The notes under the pieces: model-generated
What the model was told of the DNA's origin: nothing
Databases searched by the model: none
The model's input: the letters and a program-made list of their open reading frames with translations, nothing else
Assembly: GCA_035084275.1 (NCBI GenBank)
Contig: CM068755.1
Location: 16,058,001 to 16,122,000 of the forward strand
DNA: 64,000 nt
Direction: 5' to 3'
DNA from: Hydrolagus colliei
Lineage: Eukaryota
Shown here: positions 28,105-42,465 of the stretch, one piece after another
How positions within the stretch are numbered: the stretch's first letter is position 1
Layout of the letters: each line of letters begins with the position of its first letter
Position numbers and translations under genes: made by a program

Positions 28105-28340
28105 CAAACTTCACTGGTTCCATGTCTCAGAACGAATCGATTTCAAGATCCTCACTCTTGTGTTCAAATCCCTCCACTCTTTTGCATCCCCCTACCTCTC
28201 TAACCTCCTCTCTCCTCACAACAGTACCTTTGCCTTCGCTCTACTGGGTCTGGCCTCTTCCTTGTTGCCCAAATCTTCCGTTCCACTGAGACGCTGTCTG
28301 GCTTGGAGGGCGCTATATAAATCCAAGCTGTTGTTATTAA
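28105..28340 (+). mobile_element. L2-type LINE 3' fragment
   Basis: LHW...RIDFKILTLVFKSLH..SPYLSNLL remnant and gcgctatataaatccaag tail. Confidence 0.65.
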
Positions 28341-30249
28341 ACATTTAATATCTGGTTTGCTAAATACTAATCTGGGCTGCATCAGATGCTAAGATGTGAC
28401 ACAAGATAGTTTTATGCCCTTTTCCAGGTTGGTTTGTTGTTATTATTATTTAGATATTTTCAAGCTATTTTCTTGGCTGACCACTTCTTCTACCCTGTGA
28501 TCTGCCAAACCAGCCTCATGTGTACATCCACAGCAGATAGCCAACCGTCTACTTCATTGGAATTTCCTGGCAGGAGGTGGTGTTTCTGACCTCATTAGGT
28601 GTTATTTTCTCTCTAGTTTATTATTTTTAGCATGTATTGCATTTCATTTGGGGGATTTGAATAATGGTCCATGTTTCCGCTCCATAAATGTCTTGGGAGT
28701 TAGATTACGTTAAATTGGTATTGATTCCCTTATTTTGTGCTGAATAACGTTGCTTTTACATCATACAGATACAATTAAATTTATGGATCACTTGTACAAG
28801 GCAAAAGACAAGTACTGAAGATTAGAGTGAGGTGAATGTTCAGACCAACATCTATTCCACTAAAAATTGGTTTTCAATTAAATTTTTAAAACTAAACCAC
28901 TCCATTTTTCCATTAATCGCCCACATCTTCTTTTGTCTTTTCCCGTCAAGAGACGACATAAAATATTGCCTCCCAACTTATCTAACTCAGTCCTTTGCGG
29001 TTTCTATCCAGATATTCTCATCTTCCGTGCGACAATCAAACAGTGCTAGTAACAAACACACACCTCATGTCACATTCATTTCATTCAACAGCACAGTCTC
29101 GATACTGATACAAACCTAAGAAATTCTATTTTTTCCCAAAACTTTGCTTAAAGCTACAAATAATGAATCATCTAGATTTTGCTTAATATGCACCAGTTAA
29201 CAAATCACAAGATTTCAGATCGGCACAAAAAATGGGCTTAATAGCCTCTGAATGATTGGTACATATCCACAGCCTCTGTCAATAGATATTCTGAGATATT
29301 CTGAACAATAGTAAAGTACTTCATCTTGCCATCACATTTCCTCTTCTTTTGCTGAGTTTTCCTAACTCCACCTACAATGATGCGGACATATTACTCTACA
29401 TGTTGCATCACTATCTGGTCAGTCAAAATCTACTGCTGTAGGTTTGTAGAAATTTCACAAGACAAAAACAAACTTACAAAAATATGATATATTATGGTTT
29501 TAATAATGTGGATATAGCAAAAGGTGAAATAGTCATAATTGAGGGAATACTGAGTTGACATATATTATACATGAACAGATCATTTTTACATCGCTGGTGG
29601 GGGGGTTAATTTCAGGAAGCAAATTGAATGGTGTACGCATTTGAGAAAAATACTTAGCTCAACTTTGAGAATTACTAAACATGTGCTTCCTGATAAAGAA
29701 AAATGCAACTCAAAATACTGTGTAAATAGATACTTCAAGACACTCTGTCTACTTGTATATTACACTGCACACAAATATCAATTCACTTTACAGTATATTC
29801 TGTGAAGTGCTTTGAGACAACTAGAAGATGCGAAAAGCTCTATATCAAATGCAAGTGATTATTATTTCATTTAAGTGCTGTCAAACTGTCAAAGTAGCAG
29901 ATAACTGTTCCAGCAGATAGACTGTATTTGGTTACAATGTCAGTTTAAGTTAAAATAAATCCATTTGGTTAAATACTATATAATTTTTTGGGTCATAAAC
30001 CAGGCATTCAGGACAGACATGAAATTTTCCCAAGACACCCGACGTATACAAGTACTGTAATGAACATGTACATCCAGTATCAAAGGAGCCATCAATTGGC
30101 AAATTGTGCCGCAGTGGCAAGAAGAGGGGCAAGATAAACAATTTGAATCAAGTTCCTTTCTATATAATGTGGTGAACAGGGAACCAAATAAAAGGAGACA
30201 CAAAAGGCAGATATCATTAGCAATATTAGGTAGAGATAGATTAATTGTA

Positions 30250-30375
30250 CATTAGAACCCTGTTATAACGTGCATAAAATTCCAACCTGCTTTATAACAG
30301 ACCACAATCACAGGGCATACATCACATGATGCAAACCTATATTGTAATCAAACATAGTATAATAGGGTTCTAATA
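30250..30375. mobile_element. Short MITE (Tigger/pogo-like TIRs)
   Basis: ATTAGAACCCTGTTATA (30251-30267) inverted with TATAATAGGGTTCTAAT (30358-30374), 16/17 match. Confidence 0.6.
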
Positions 30376-33300
30376 CATTTTTTAAAAATACAGTCAGACA
30401 GATAGAGGGTCTTTTCTGCTCTTGCACATTCCTGCATTCCTAGAGTTTAGAAGATAACCTTGGTTTGTAAATTGTGATAACCTTGATTTGTGCACAGATT
30501 CTGTCCAGACAAAAACCGATACCATATCTTCCAATTACAACCATCTGTTGAAATAGTAAATGCCAATTATGTAGGATACTGTGGCACTATGCAATTAACA
30601 TGGAGGTTTCCCTCAAGGCTCAGTTCACTCCAATGAGAGTTCACGCAGCACAAAGCAACAACAGTAGACAAACAAAACAGGCAGCACTATTGTTAAAACG
30701 AATATAAATATGACTTAAATTAGATTTGTCCACTAACTGCAACAGCGTGTTTCTAAAATTACTACAATCCTTTAATTATTATTCAATAATAGAACTTTAT
30801 ATAATAGAATTTCAGATCAAAATCTAGAATCTATTGTTTTTAATTCTGTTAGAATTCTGTGCTGAAGACTCTCTCTAAATTGCCGCTTCCACATTTTTAT
30901 TTTGCTGCTAAAATTACACAAATTAAAAGCTTCAACAACATCAGATCATATTTATGATGCTTACTGTCTTTCAATCTGATGTTGAAGGTGGTGAAACTCC
31001 AGCAATGTGTACTTTAAGGCTCCCAAACCTTTGCTCTTGTTAACCTGTGCCTAAACTCTAGGATTGTGTAAGCAGGGTGGTGGCCATTAGAAGAGACTGA
31101 GAACTCCATTCCAGATAAATGGAAAATAAATGCTTTGGAGATTCCTAAACATGGTGATAGGTTTCCAATTCGGACCAAAAAAAGGCAGCTTTCTTTTCAT
31201 TGAATAATACAGCTCTCTCACACTACCTTCCACTATTGCAAAGACGAGAATCTCACAAGAGTAGGGAGCACTGTATAAACACAATTTCTGACTACACTTA
31301 ACTCCATGATGGCTTTCTCCCTTGTGCTGCAAAAATGTCTCCCATGGCTGTTTGTGGCTCAAGGCTATGCACAAATTGGCTGCCACGTTTGCCCACAAAA
31401 TATAGTTGCCACTTTATACTATATCTTGTGAAACATTTGCAGACATCTCGACAATTTGATGAGATGCTATAATCACATTGCAAGAATTATTATCATCATT
31501 TTTCTTTGCTTTCTATACCATAAGACTATCTTGTTCTCATGAAAATAACCAGATAGCAAGAAACATCTACTTGGCCTTCAAATGATTTATTCCTTTCACC
31601 CACTACATGATATACAATTTTTTTTAAAAAGCAAAAATAGTTCCAATTGGCTGAAGCTGAAAGAGTCAGGTTATGTCATCATAAGAATGGAGTCAAGAGG
31701 TAATTCATCAACATGAATAAATGCTTTCACATTTATTGCTTAAAAGTCACAGTTTTACAGCATACAGAAAGTCACTCAATGTCAGGGCCATTTCTCTTTC
31801 AAAAGGACTGTGTGCGCACTTCTAATTATAGCATTCTTCACCCAATAATTTTTCAATTGTAACTATGTTGTCTGGGTTTCAGACCTTGATGTGCATGTCT
31901 TTCAGATAGCTGTCTGCTCTATATAAAAAGAGTACATAAAAGCATCATCGGAACAGAAGAAAAATAAGGCGTTTTTGGAATGCAGACAATTTATTAATAT
32001 AAATACTCCATTAATCAATTAATTGCACATCCAGTGTCAGTGAAATCACAAATGCAATATTTTATATCCCACTTAAAGATTTTAAGTAGCACTCAATGCC
32101 TGCCGATAGACATCAGAAGATTCTGGCTGTTCTACACCACAAGGCTTTGATTCAGGTATTATACTTGTTTCATTCCAATATTTTGCAAGACTTTTGATGG
32201 CATAAAGAAATGCTGTAACAGCAAGGTCTATGAACACCGAAGACAACCACTATTGCATTCAGGTTTAGCTTCAATTTTGTTCTTACTACAAAAAGTAAAT
32301 ATGTTAACACTTCATCACACAATAATTCCAAGCCAAGTTGATTTATGCACTTGGGCGAGAATTTGCACATGAATGATTACGGACTTCTCACAGGCAACTT
32401 AAATTTATTTTGTACACAAGTGGCTGAGCAAACAGCAATAATGAAAATAGTCAAGTTTCTTCTGGTATATTTCTCCATACATCCCAATGGGATTATTTGT
32501 TGCTTTTGACTTTGCTCATTGTGTTTCTCTACAACCTTCTTTTGAACTCAAGTCTTCACCTATCACAACCCTTCAAGTATGGAAGGAATACCACAAAGAC
32601 AACAAACTACTGTTTTACCGTTTTCTTTACTGTACAAACCAAAATACATCTTAAACATTTGCTAATTCTTTTCCATCTTTAATGTTCTAGAGTCCTAATA
32701 CATTGTGATTAGATCATTAGATTCTGCTATCAATCAGAGATGAAAATAAGAAGTCCGAATGAGGCTTTGGAGTCTCACAAAGCCACACAACTATTATGTG
32801 GTATTAACATGGCTACCCTACAAACTCTGGCAACATATTCAAATCACCCTTGCAAGTAACATATCTGTGAACTTTCTTTTGTCTTTTTGCATCTGGAAAA
32901 AGTTATCACCAGCATTCTGGACAGGATTCTATTAAAAACAAGTTGTCCGGATCTTGTGAGTCTAGCCCATTCAATTTTCTTTTTCCTGTTCTCTGTTAGA
33001 CTCTTATTAAAGCACAACTACAATAAATTTCCACAAGGCAAATAGTAGACAATGTTTCTTCACTCCACAGACTGCATTTGTACTCTAAAGAAATGTACTA
33101 TTATGCTGCAATTTTAAAATGAATTTTATTTCGGAAAAATTCACCAACTTCTACATCCTATCCTACATATCTCTTTCGTGCCTGCATATCTTAAGGGGAC
33201 AGAACAGTGATGTGCACTTTCCCTTAAAATACATATTTTCTATAATCTACTATCCTGCAGCATTTCACTATCGAGGGCAGTGAAGGGAACGCCTTCTAGT

Positions 33301-33964
33301 CTTTGGCCATTCTGTAGTTGTCCTTAACTTTTAAAATAAAAAAAAGACTCTAATGCTACAAGAGATTTAAAAGTATGAGGGGGGAAATATCCATCACTGT
33401 CTCCCCATCCACCAATCAAACAGCTTCTAACCATGGTTTTAGAATAAGTTGGCAGAAATAGGTTACAACTGATAACCACAAAGGAAGCTTGTGAAGGCAA
33501 TTGTTCGAAAAATTTATTCTTCTTCCTTAAGCATTGGAAAAGATTCCAGTTCATAGTGAATCACAAAAAGGGGTTAGATGTGAAAGGCTCATTATAATCC
33601 AGAAGCACAAGAAATTTAATTAACCAAGAAATTTTAAGCTTGCTTATTAAATTGTTTTGAAAAGTCTAATCAACTTCTGAAGCTTTAACAAGTTCTCAAA
33701 CCATTATAATTTCCAGTTCGTCTCTACCTTACACATGAAATATAATGGTGCCTTTAATGTTGACATACACGTATTAAAAGAAGTACATGTATCAAAAAGA
33801 AACTGCATACAATTTGTGCAGAAAATGTCCACCTTTTTTGCACCTGATGCTGTACCTATTTATTAAACAAATATCTCGCCATTCATCTGTCTCCCACAAT
33901 GGATCTACTGTCAAATCTGGGATTCAGTAGTTCCCAGTTGCTATAATCTATGATTCAATCTATG

Positions 33965-34115
33965 ACTGTTTGTGGGACACTGCTGTGCGCAATTGGCTGC
34001 CGTGTTTCACCCACGAATATACAGTCAACTCATTTCAGGGTATATTTTGTGAAGTGCTTTGAGATATCTAGAAGACATGAAGAGTGCTACATCAAATGCA
34101 AGGCTTATTATTATA
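33965..34115 (+). mobile_element. SINE 3' half with L2-like tail
   Basis: gctgtgcgcaattggctgccgtgtttc...tacagtcaa...gtgaagtgctttgag...gcaagg(tta)n, shared with many copies in the window. Confidence 0.75.
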
Positions 34116-34981
34116 TCGTGTAATATCCTCTGTAGATAAAATAAACTTTCTACTAACTTGTAGTTCGCACTGTTTTTATAATTATCAGAAGGTTAGAGCT
34201 AAGACAAAAGTGTGATATTGACATTGGTTAAACTTTAGTACAGAGACATACTAACACATGATGTTTGCAATAGTGGGACAGTGTGTGGCTGTATGAATAG
34301 AAAAACATTATACTTCAAGTAGATTTGCTTATGAACTTTGTAGAAGAGGCTCCCAAGTGTAACTAAATTCTACAATTCATACTCCACGAGAGTAGTCATT
34401 TTGACAGAGCTATGGAAAGTACAATTATAAACAGGTCTGTGGTAGATTGCATCACGTCTCCTTTCCTGCAACCATGTAGTAATAACAGGCATCAGTTCCC
34501 GGATAGGTAATGACTCAACTACTTTAAATGGATGATGGTGGCTTATTTAGATTCAGTATAAGAACAGTAGAAATGCTATAGTCTTAACAGCAGGAGTGAC
34601 AATTACAATCAATAGCATTTTGCATCATTGCAACATAATTAACACCGGACGGGCTGTGCATTATGCCTGCTGACTGACCCCACTGTAAAATTAGACAACT
34701 ACTGCACTTTTGAAAGCATAAGTTCTCCCTCTATTACTGAATATAAATAGCTAAGAGACTCACCAGTTTAACATAAACATAGCTGCTGCCAATCTCCTCA
34801 GTATCCTTTGATATAACACTGAAAATACTTAGAATCGTATCTATGATAAATTATAGATGTGAAGATGGACCAGAAAATGTTAGTCAGCATTCTGAGTTGT
34901 TCTGAGTTGTTCAAATAAGTGATACCAGGAAGAAAAAGGACTTGCAGTGCAAGCGTTTAGCACACATTTTATCTACATGAC

Positions 34982-35310
34982 GATGTAGTGATAGCCCTCT
35001 TGCCCCCGAGTCAGAAGGTTGTGGGTTCAAGCCCCGCATCGGGACATGGAATCACATTGTCTAAACTGACTGCAGGGGTGGTGTTGCATTGTCAGAGTTG
35101 CCATCTTTCTGGTGAGATATTAAACTGAGGTCCTGTCTGCCTGTTCAGGTGGATGGTGTAGATCCCATGGCGCTATTCAAAAAGAAAGTGAGAAGCGAGT
35201 TTCCAGCCAATAAAACTGGTCACTCACACCATGTAGGTCATTAATGTGCGCTACAATCCACACACAAAATACACAACCAATCCACTTTACGGTGAAGCGT
35301 TTCAAGATGG
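34982..35310 (+). mobile_element. tRNA-derived DeuSINE-like element
   Basis: B box ggttcaagccc, then Deu-domain-like gccatcttt..gagatattaaactgaggtcctgtctgcctgttcaggtgga..gatcccatggcgctatt. Confidence 0.7.
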
Positions 35311-35990
35311 CTGAATGGAACCTGATCTCAGAGGTCCACAACAGAATCAACAGCTAACAGAATCAATTAGCTTGGGTAGTATCAACCACACCGATTACAT
35401 CTCACCCAGAGTCATATTATTATAAAATCTGGCTTGCACAGAAGCTACGCGTGTGTGGGAGTTGCGGGTGAGGTGGTAGGGAGGGGTTTATGTGATACTA
35501 ATGAAGCAGAAGTATTTTTGCAGAAGTTCTCATTCGATTACGTAGGTTGGAATTAAACAAGGTTCCTTGAATCATAAGGACAACATTTCAATCCAGTAGC
35601 CTAAGAAAAAAACAACTGAACACAATAAACTGAATTCATTTAATTGAATACGATAAGTACTCACAACAGTTCAGTGATTTGGAACCAGTCAAGGGGAGAG
35701 CTAAGTAATGATCACTAATCTGTTATCCAATAATCTTGGGTTATCAACAGATGAGTCAAGACTTCAATTTCAAGCATCCGATGACCTAATATTTTTACAA
35801 TGCAAAAATAATGATACGAAAAGGATGTTCTCCCAATGTGAAAGGCACTTTACAAATGTAATTTTGTTGCTGTTGTTTGCCTCTTCAAATCAATAAAAAG
35901 GTACCAAAATAGGTTGTTTCACTGGCTACATTCTACTGTATTGCAGATACAAAAAAAGATTAAAATTGCTCACCTAGTTTGATCACGTAT

Positions 35991-36377
35991 CATAGAATCA
36001 TAGAATTTTACAGCACAAAAGAAGGCCATTCATGTGTCTATGCTGGTTCTTTGAAAAGAGCTATTCAAAGTAAATCCCACTCCCCGGCTCTCTCCCCGTA
36101 ACCCCGCAAACTTGTCCTCTCTAAATAACCATCTACCTCTCTTTTAAAAGTTATTATCGAATTGGCCTCCACCATCCTGTCAGGCAATGCATTCCATATT
36201 GGAACAACTTGCTGCGTGAAAACATTTCTCCTCACCTCCCCTCTGCTTCTTTTAGAAACTATTTTAAATCTGTGACCTCGAGTCACTGACACACCCCCAG
36301 TGGAAACAGTTTTTCCCTGTTCACTCTATCGAATCCCCTCATGATTTTGAAAACCTCTATTGGGTCTCTTCGTAACC
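35991..36377 (-). mobile_element. CR1 LINE 3' end (ORF2 C-terminus plus (ATTCTATG)n tail)
   Basis: ORF 36065..36292 TRGHRFK...RRNVFTQQVVPIWNALP...FKREVD; catagaatcatagaat tail. Confidence 0.85.
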
Positions 36378-36966
36378 TTAATAATAATCCATGTGTTTTA
36401 TACAGAGCTTTTCACGTCTTCCAGATGTCTACAGCACTTCACAGAGTAAACTATAAAGTGAATTGTACAGCACCATCCTGTTAAATCTCCTCTGCATATT
36501 TAATGGATACTTCTTCAATACTCAGCATAATACAGAATCTAGAAAATTGTTATTATACTGTAATAGGATTTAGGCAAACTATACATGTTTCAATGTACAT
36601 TAATCAGATTATATATGTATACTGTATTGCCATACATTATGCAGTAATCAATGTCACAAATGGTCACTGATTGACGGATGGTTGTTAACAGACATGGTCA
36701 TAAACAGAAATGGTCATAAAACTACAGTAAGGTAAAAAATATGTAGACAGAAAGACTCAAGAATAAAATATTTCAACAAGCTTTTCTAAATCAGTCATCT
36801 AATAGATGTGTGTACTGTTAGTCTAATGAGAAAACATTTTCTCATTAGACTAATTATTCAATGAATTTGGTGAAGTACTGTAAAGAAAATAATATTAATA
36901 ATAATCCTTACATTTATATTGTGCTTTCCACGTCTTATCGACGTTTCAAAGCACTAAAATGTGGTA

Positions 36967-37169
36967 AAGTGTAAGCCCGTTTATCTGGCACCCTCGGGAC
37001 TTGGCCAATGCCGTTAAAGAGTGTGCCGGATATTCGGCCGAAAACACACAAAATTTTTTTAATAAAAAAAACATTGTGCCAGATAAATTCTGGTTAATCG
37101 AATGCGGACCTTTTTTTGAGGTGCCAGAAGTTACGGTTGATTGGGTCACGGATAAACGGGCTTTTACTA
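36967..37169. mobile_element. MITE of about 200 bp, Tc1/mariner-pogo (Tigger)-like
   Basis: AAGCCCGTTTATC (36973-36985) / GATAAACGGGCTT (37151-37163) perfect inverted core; TA on both flanks. Confidence 0.7.
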
Positions 37170-40100
37170 TACATGGACACTCCATTACCACCTATAATCA
37201 AATAGTACGTCTGAATCAAAATGTATAAAGGAGGGAGCCAAATGCCACTGCGTTTTAGTGCATTAACATGCTCAGCCACAAAGGAATACAACACAGGTTA
37301 TCAATGCAATTCCCTAGAGGGTTGGCCAGATCAGAAAAATTAAAGAGAGTTAATACAGGCTGCCCTCTCACAGCTGCTTGCAGCTAATTTCACATGCACA
37401 TGATCCTTTAAGAATCTACATTAAGAATAAGATTTTGAGTCTCTCAGAAAGACACATGTGCACAAATCACAAGTTAATCAGGTCAACAATAAGATCTGAA
37501 AAAAAACAAAAATCTTGATGACATTGGGCATCAGATAAAGCCCAGAACATCATGCTGTCCCAGGAAATGACAAGACACTGGGGATTTCTGATCAACTTTT
37601 TGCTCCAATTGGGTTTCTGATGATTGCATTCCCTGGTGGCTAGCTTATTCTAATTAGTGTTCCATTTTAGCCCAAATAGCCCAAATTTTCAATGTGAGTT
37701 CTTTGAAATATTCACTAATTTATGAGTGTAATGTAAAATATAATCACTGCCTTTAAAAAGAAAAACACGTGGTGCATCATTAGATGGTAGCACATATCTT
37801 CTGCCCAATTACAGTTTACTGGCAATCCGAGGGTGGGAAAGAGGGAATTAATATCAATGACCATTAATACATACTTCCACACCTAAGAAGGAGATTAAGA
37901 GTAGAACAACAACAGTAACTTTCATTTAGATAGGGCATCTCAGTGTACAACAGAAAAAGAGAAGAGAAATCCATAACAGCTATATGAAGGTTGTTGAAGA
38001 GTTAAAGAACAGATAAATCCTTTCAAAGATAAGTGGAAATTTTATGGAAGATGAGGAAATGGCTGTTGTGTTAAATACATTCTTCACTAATGAAAGCTAT
38101 GGACAAATTCCAAAAGTCAGTTTGGCACAGGATATATTTAGAGCTGCGTTATGAAGAAACACACAAAATAAATATCTACAAAGCATCTAAACCAGATGGG
38201 ATACACCCAACAATCCTCAGGGAAATGAGAGAGAGCAAATAAATGATGCTATGCTTAATTCCTTAGGAATTCCTAATTTGTTTTAAAAGTATTGAACCAT
38301 AAATACTGATCCTTACATGAAAAACAAAGTGAGGCAACATCTCAAAATTGCACTTTCAGAAAGGATGTTATTTACATACCTGATGTTGCATGGACACAGT
38401 GAAACATTTAAGTACAGGGAAAATATATTTTTTTCTTGGCAGCAAAGGTGCCATATGTATTTTGTCAGTAACATTTTGCTAAAGCAAGTGTCAAAAGTGT
38501 GAAATCACTCTCTCGAGTCCCCAAAATAAAATAACCCATTTGAGGTTAGATTTAATTTGATGTGGCACCATATGTGAACTCATCGGAATAGTTTAGAAAT
38601 GATTTTGTAAGGTTTCCCAAAGTAGAGATTTAACCATAAAGCTTTATAGATCACTTTACATGGTTTTATGTACTCATTTGTAATATACACCAAAGGTATC
38701 ACTCTGAATTACAGTGTACAGGAATAGAAACACTAATCTACAGTATTTACAATGCCAAACACACATTCTTCAGAGGAGTTAGTTTTATGCAAATTGGCAC
38801 TGGTTCAGGTTGTTGCTGCACAGGGCAAATTTCACCAATTAAATATTTGCACATTCATATTACTGACCTTTGCCCCAGGATCATGCTAATCATGGCACAG
38901 GAACTTAAGAGGCAAATAACAGGGGTCAGTGGCCCGAATGACAAAACACCAGCGCAGACTTTGTGGACCCATTCTGTGCTGTAATATTCTATGAACTGAT
39001 CACTGTTCATTTTCTGATCTCATACAGGGAAAGGCAAATGGAACTAGCAAACAAGAAAAAAAGACAAAAAAAAGATGCAGTGCTGAAACTGTACAAAAGG
39101 CACAGCAAAGGTTGTTCTTGTTAACAGCGAAAACAACAAAATTACACTTGTATAGCACCTTTCACGTCAAAAGGATATCCCGAGGCGCTGGACAGTCATT
39201 GTTTCAGACCCGAGCTGGGGAAAGGGAGGAAGGAGGGAAAGGGGGGGGGGGGGGATTTGCTACAGTACTAAAGTATTTAATTACTGTAGTTTTAATTAAA
39301 AGCATTTGCTTGTAGAGTGAAACATAAAGTTGTGGCACAATTTTGAAACAGGTTGTTTGAGAAAGTTGGACTCCCCCACCCTCTGCTCACCCCCATCAGC
39401 AACACCATCACCTACATCTACAGGTTTCTTCATTCCTCTTTTAAAGTGGGATTCTGATACACAGGTCCTGCAGCTTTCTGCTATCTCAGCTGTGCTTTAT
39501 ACTGGCACCCAGACCAGGGCATGTCAGCAGTCTATTCTATTTTAAGGTAAAATGTGACTAACAAACTGTATATCAGGTCTCCATTTCCTCAAATTAAATA
39601 ATTCCCAACACTAATGGACTTCTAGGATCTCCTCATTTGCCACCATTGTTCAGTTGTTATAAATATTGTTTGGAAAATGTTGAAATCAACTGAAATGCAT
39701 GGGGAAACAAATGTTAAATTTGATGATAGATTGAAAGACATTTTCCCACCTTGTTTATATAGCGCTATATTCAATTACAAACACACAGTGACTGCACTTT
39801 ACAGTATGTCATGCGAAGTTCTTTGGGACATTTCCCAAAGTGAAAGGCGCTGTACCAAATGTAAGGATTATTTATTATTATTGTTATCTTTCCCCAATTC
39901 AGTCATCCACTGCAGTACACGTGATATTGCATGGTTTGAAGTCAAAATAGTAATCAAAGCATAATGAATTACAAAATAATCACATTGAGGGAATATATGA
40001 AGTGTGAATTCCCCTGGTAGCAAAACAAAGCTGTTCTTCAATTGGGGGTATTCCGAGGAGGTCACTGCACAAACTGAATTCCTTCCTTCCCCTCTTAAGA

Positions 40101-40987
40101 CACACAAAAATAAAGCCAACACATTGCACTTCTCACAAACGCCACCAAGCACCTCACAAAGACAATGGGGAACTCCAAGCATTTGAGAATATGAGGAGAA
40201 ACAATGTCATTTGACACTTTAATCAGACAGACCAAAGGTGACAAAAACAAATACTGTAGCAAGTAGTAACTAACATGCACTCTGCTAGCGTGATATTTGT
40301 GTATGGTGGGAGTCTAGAAATAAATGCAAATTTCGCTAATGCTATTTCCCATGTTGTTTTAACTAATTTTGCTTAATTATATATATATATATATATATAA
40401 ACGAGAGCTTTTCACGGCGTGGTTTCTCACAAGCAATACTGCAATGCAAGCTGACGGATCTTGGAAACCTCAAGGGGATCACAGAAATTACCATTGTTAA
40501 CGTATACAGCACATGACTCGTTCACTGTGGCCAGTCACCCCCCACCACCACATGTAATACGAATTCTCAGCCGGAATGCCTACGGGTTATCTCGTAAAAA
40601 CGGTGCAAAGTGTCCGGTGTGTAAAAAAAAAGTGACAACATCTATTGGTTCAAAACACCTGTGTGTGCGTGTGTGTGTGTGGTAGGGACCTCACACGCCT
40701 CGGGACGCCCTCCCGACGTGAAAGGCAATGTAATTGTTGTTGTAACGTGGCGTCCAATTCGAATAATAAAATCCCTCATGGGATTGATTTACATGGGGGA
40801 GTTCCTCCCCCCACCACCCCGAGAGTGGAAGGGACGTAAGGGCAGCCATCACAATTCCCCCCCCCCACCCCACCCCCACCCACCACCAGCGCCTCTCCCC
40901 CTCTCCCCATCTGGGTTAACACAGTTCCTGGCAGTTTATAGATAATAAAAGTAACAATAAAAGCCGCCCGTAGAATTGATCACTCAC

Positions 40988-41830
40988 GCGGCTCGTTTAA
41001 GAAGGTTTATTCACAGTCGAGTGCATTCACCTTCCAAAAGAGCAAATGATGCCCTGCGATGAGATGAGAATGACAGCGACACCGTCTTGAGAGAGAGTTC
41101 AGTTCTCTCTTCAAATGGTAATCAAATGGGATTAGCCCCCCAACCCCCGCACACAAAAAAAACAGCCCGCTCACTCACTCACTTACTCACACAGAACCGG
41201 GCGCCCGGAGACAATTCGGGAGAACTCGGTGTGTATTTTCTTGCAGCCAACGAGCTCTCACAAGCCGCGGTGGGGGACACGTTGACACTTTGCACATGTC
41301 ACCGGCCGGACCGGTATGTATGTGTGTGTGTGTGTGTGTGTGTGTCCTCTGGGCCAGCTAACGCATGCTCGGCCTCTCCTGCCTCCCTGTGTGTGTGTGT
41401 GTGAGTGAAGCTGACAGACCGGCAAGGCGGGATGGAGAGGGAGGAGTGGGGAGGAGGGAGGATTCGGGCTGGTGCACATGCGCACAAGCGCCCAGGCGCG
41501 AGGTGCCGCCGTACCGTTTTTTTCAAAAAAAAGGGGGGGAAAGAGAGAAAAAACACCCAATTTTAGATTTTTTTTCAATAAACCTCGAGAGAGAGAGAGA
41601 GATATATGTTTGAATTGTCCTAGAAAGACTCACCTCCGGGGATATCCGGAGGCTACGCTCGGGTTCTTCTCTCTGACGCGACTGGGACCGAGCCCGAGCG
41701 AAAGGTTTCCCCCCCACATTCACGTCTCGAGATTTGACAGCCTCCGCCGAGCTCCCCGCCCACCGCCATCTTTGTTGTGGTGGGAACACGGCGCGCCTGC
41801 GCGAACCCCCTTTCTCACTAGACTGCCCGG
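40988..41830 (-). promoter_or_regulatory. CpG-rich DENND4A promoter / candidate non-coding first exons
   Basis: High CpG density; minus-strand GTGAGT donors after 41634, 41191 and 40988; NRF1-like TGCACATGCGCA near 41473 and GCGCCTGCGC near 41793. Confidence 0.6.
41319..41345 (+). repeat. (TG)n microsatellite
   Basis: Direct read; similar tracts at 40378 (AT), 41864 (CA), 56167 (CT), 60593 (CA) and 60720 (CT). Confidence 0.9.
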
Positions 41831-41971
41831 AGGGGCTATACGTTTCCACCCCCCCCCCCCCCCCACACACACACACACACACACTCTCTCCCCAGGGTCC
41901 TAACGCCTACCTGGTAACCTGAGCACCCATCAGGATGTCCCTGCCTCGCCCCCCACCCCCCCCCCCCCCAG

Positions 41972-42465
41972 TCACTTCAGTTTACAGTATATCCCGTGAA
42001 GCGCTTTGAGACGTCCCAATGACCGTGATAATAATAACAATAATAATCCTCGCACTTGATATCGCGGCTTTTCACATCTTATCGACGTCCCAAAGCGCTT
42101 CACGGAATATACTGTAAAGTGAATTGACTGTATATATTTGTGGGCGAAACGCGGCAGCCGATTGCGCACAGCAGCGTTCCCCCCCACACAAACCGTCGGG
42201 GATTGAAATGACCAATTTAATTATTGTGTTTTTTGTGGACGGATTATTACTAGGCAAATATAGGCAATTTACCTACTTTCCTTCTCCCAGCCATGACCCC
42301 TCCGCTACTGCCCTGGTCCCTACCTCTTCCCCCCCCCCCCCCCCCCCTTTCTTCCCTCTTGTCTTCTCCCTAACCTTGGGATGTCGTTGTATTCTGTGAA
42401 GCGCTTTGAGACATCGATAAGACGTGGAAAGCGTTATATAAATCTAAGGATTATTATTATTATCT
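41972..42465. mobile_element. Cluster of SINE copies in both orientations between the DENND4A promoter and the tRNA
   Basis: Same family motifs as 33965, 54640 and 63670; minus copy about 42030-42285 flanked by plus-strand tails. Confidence 0.8.
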
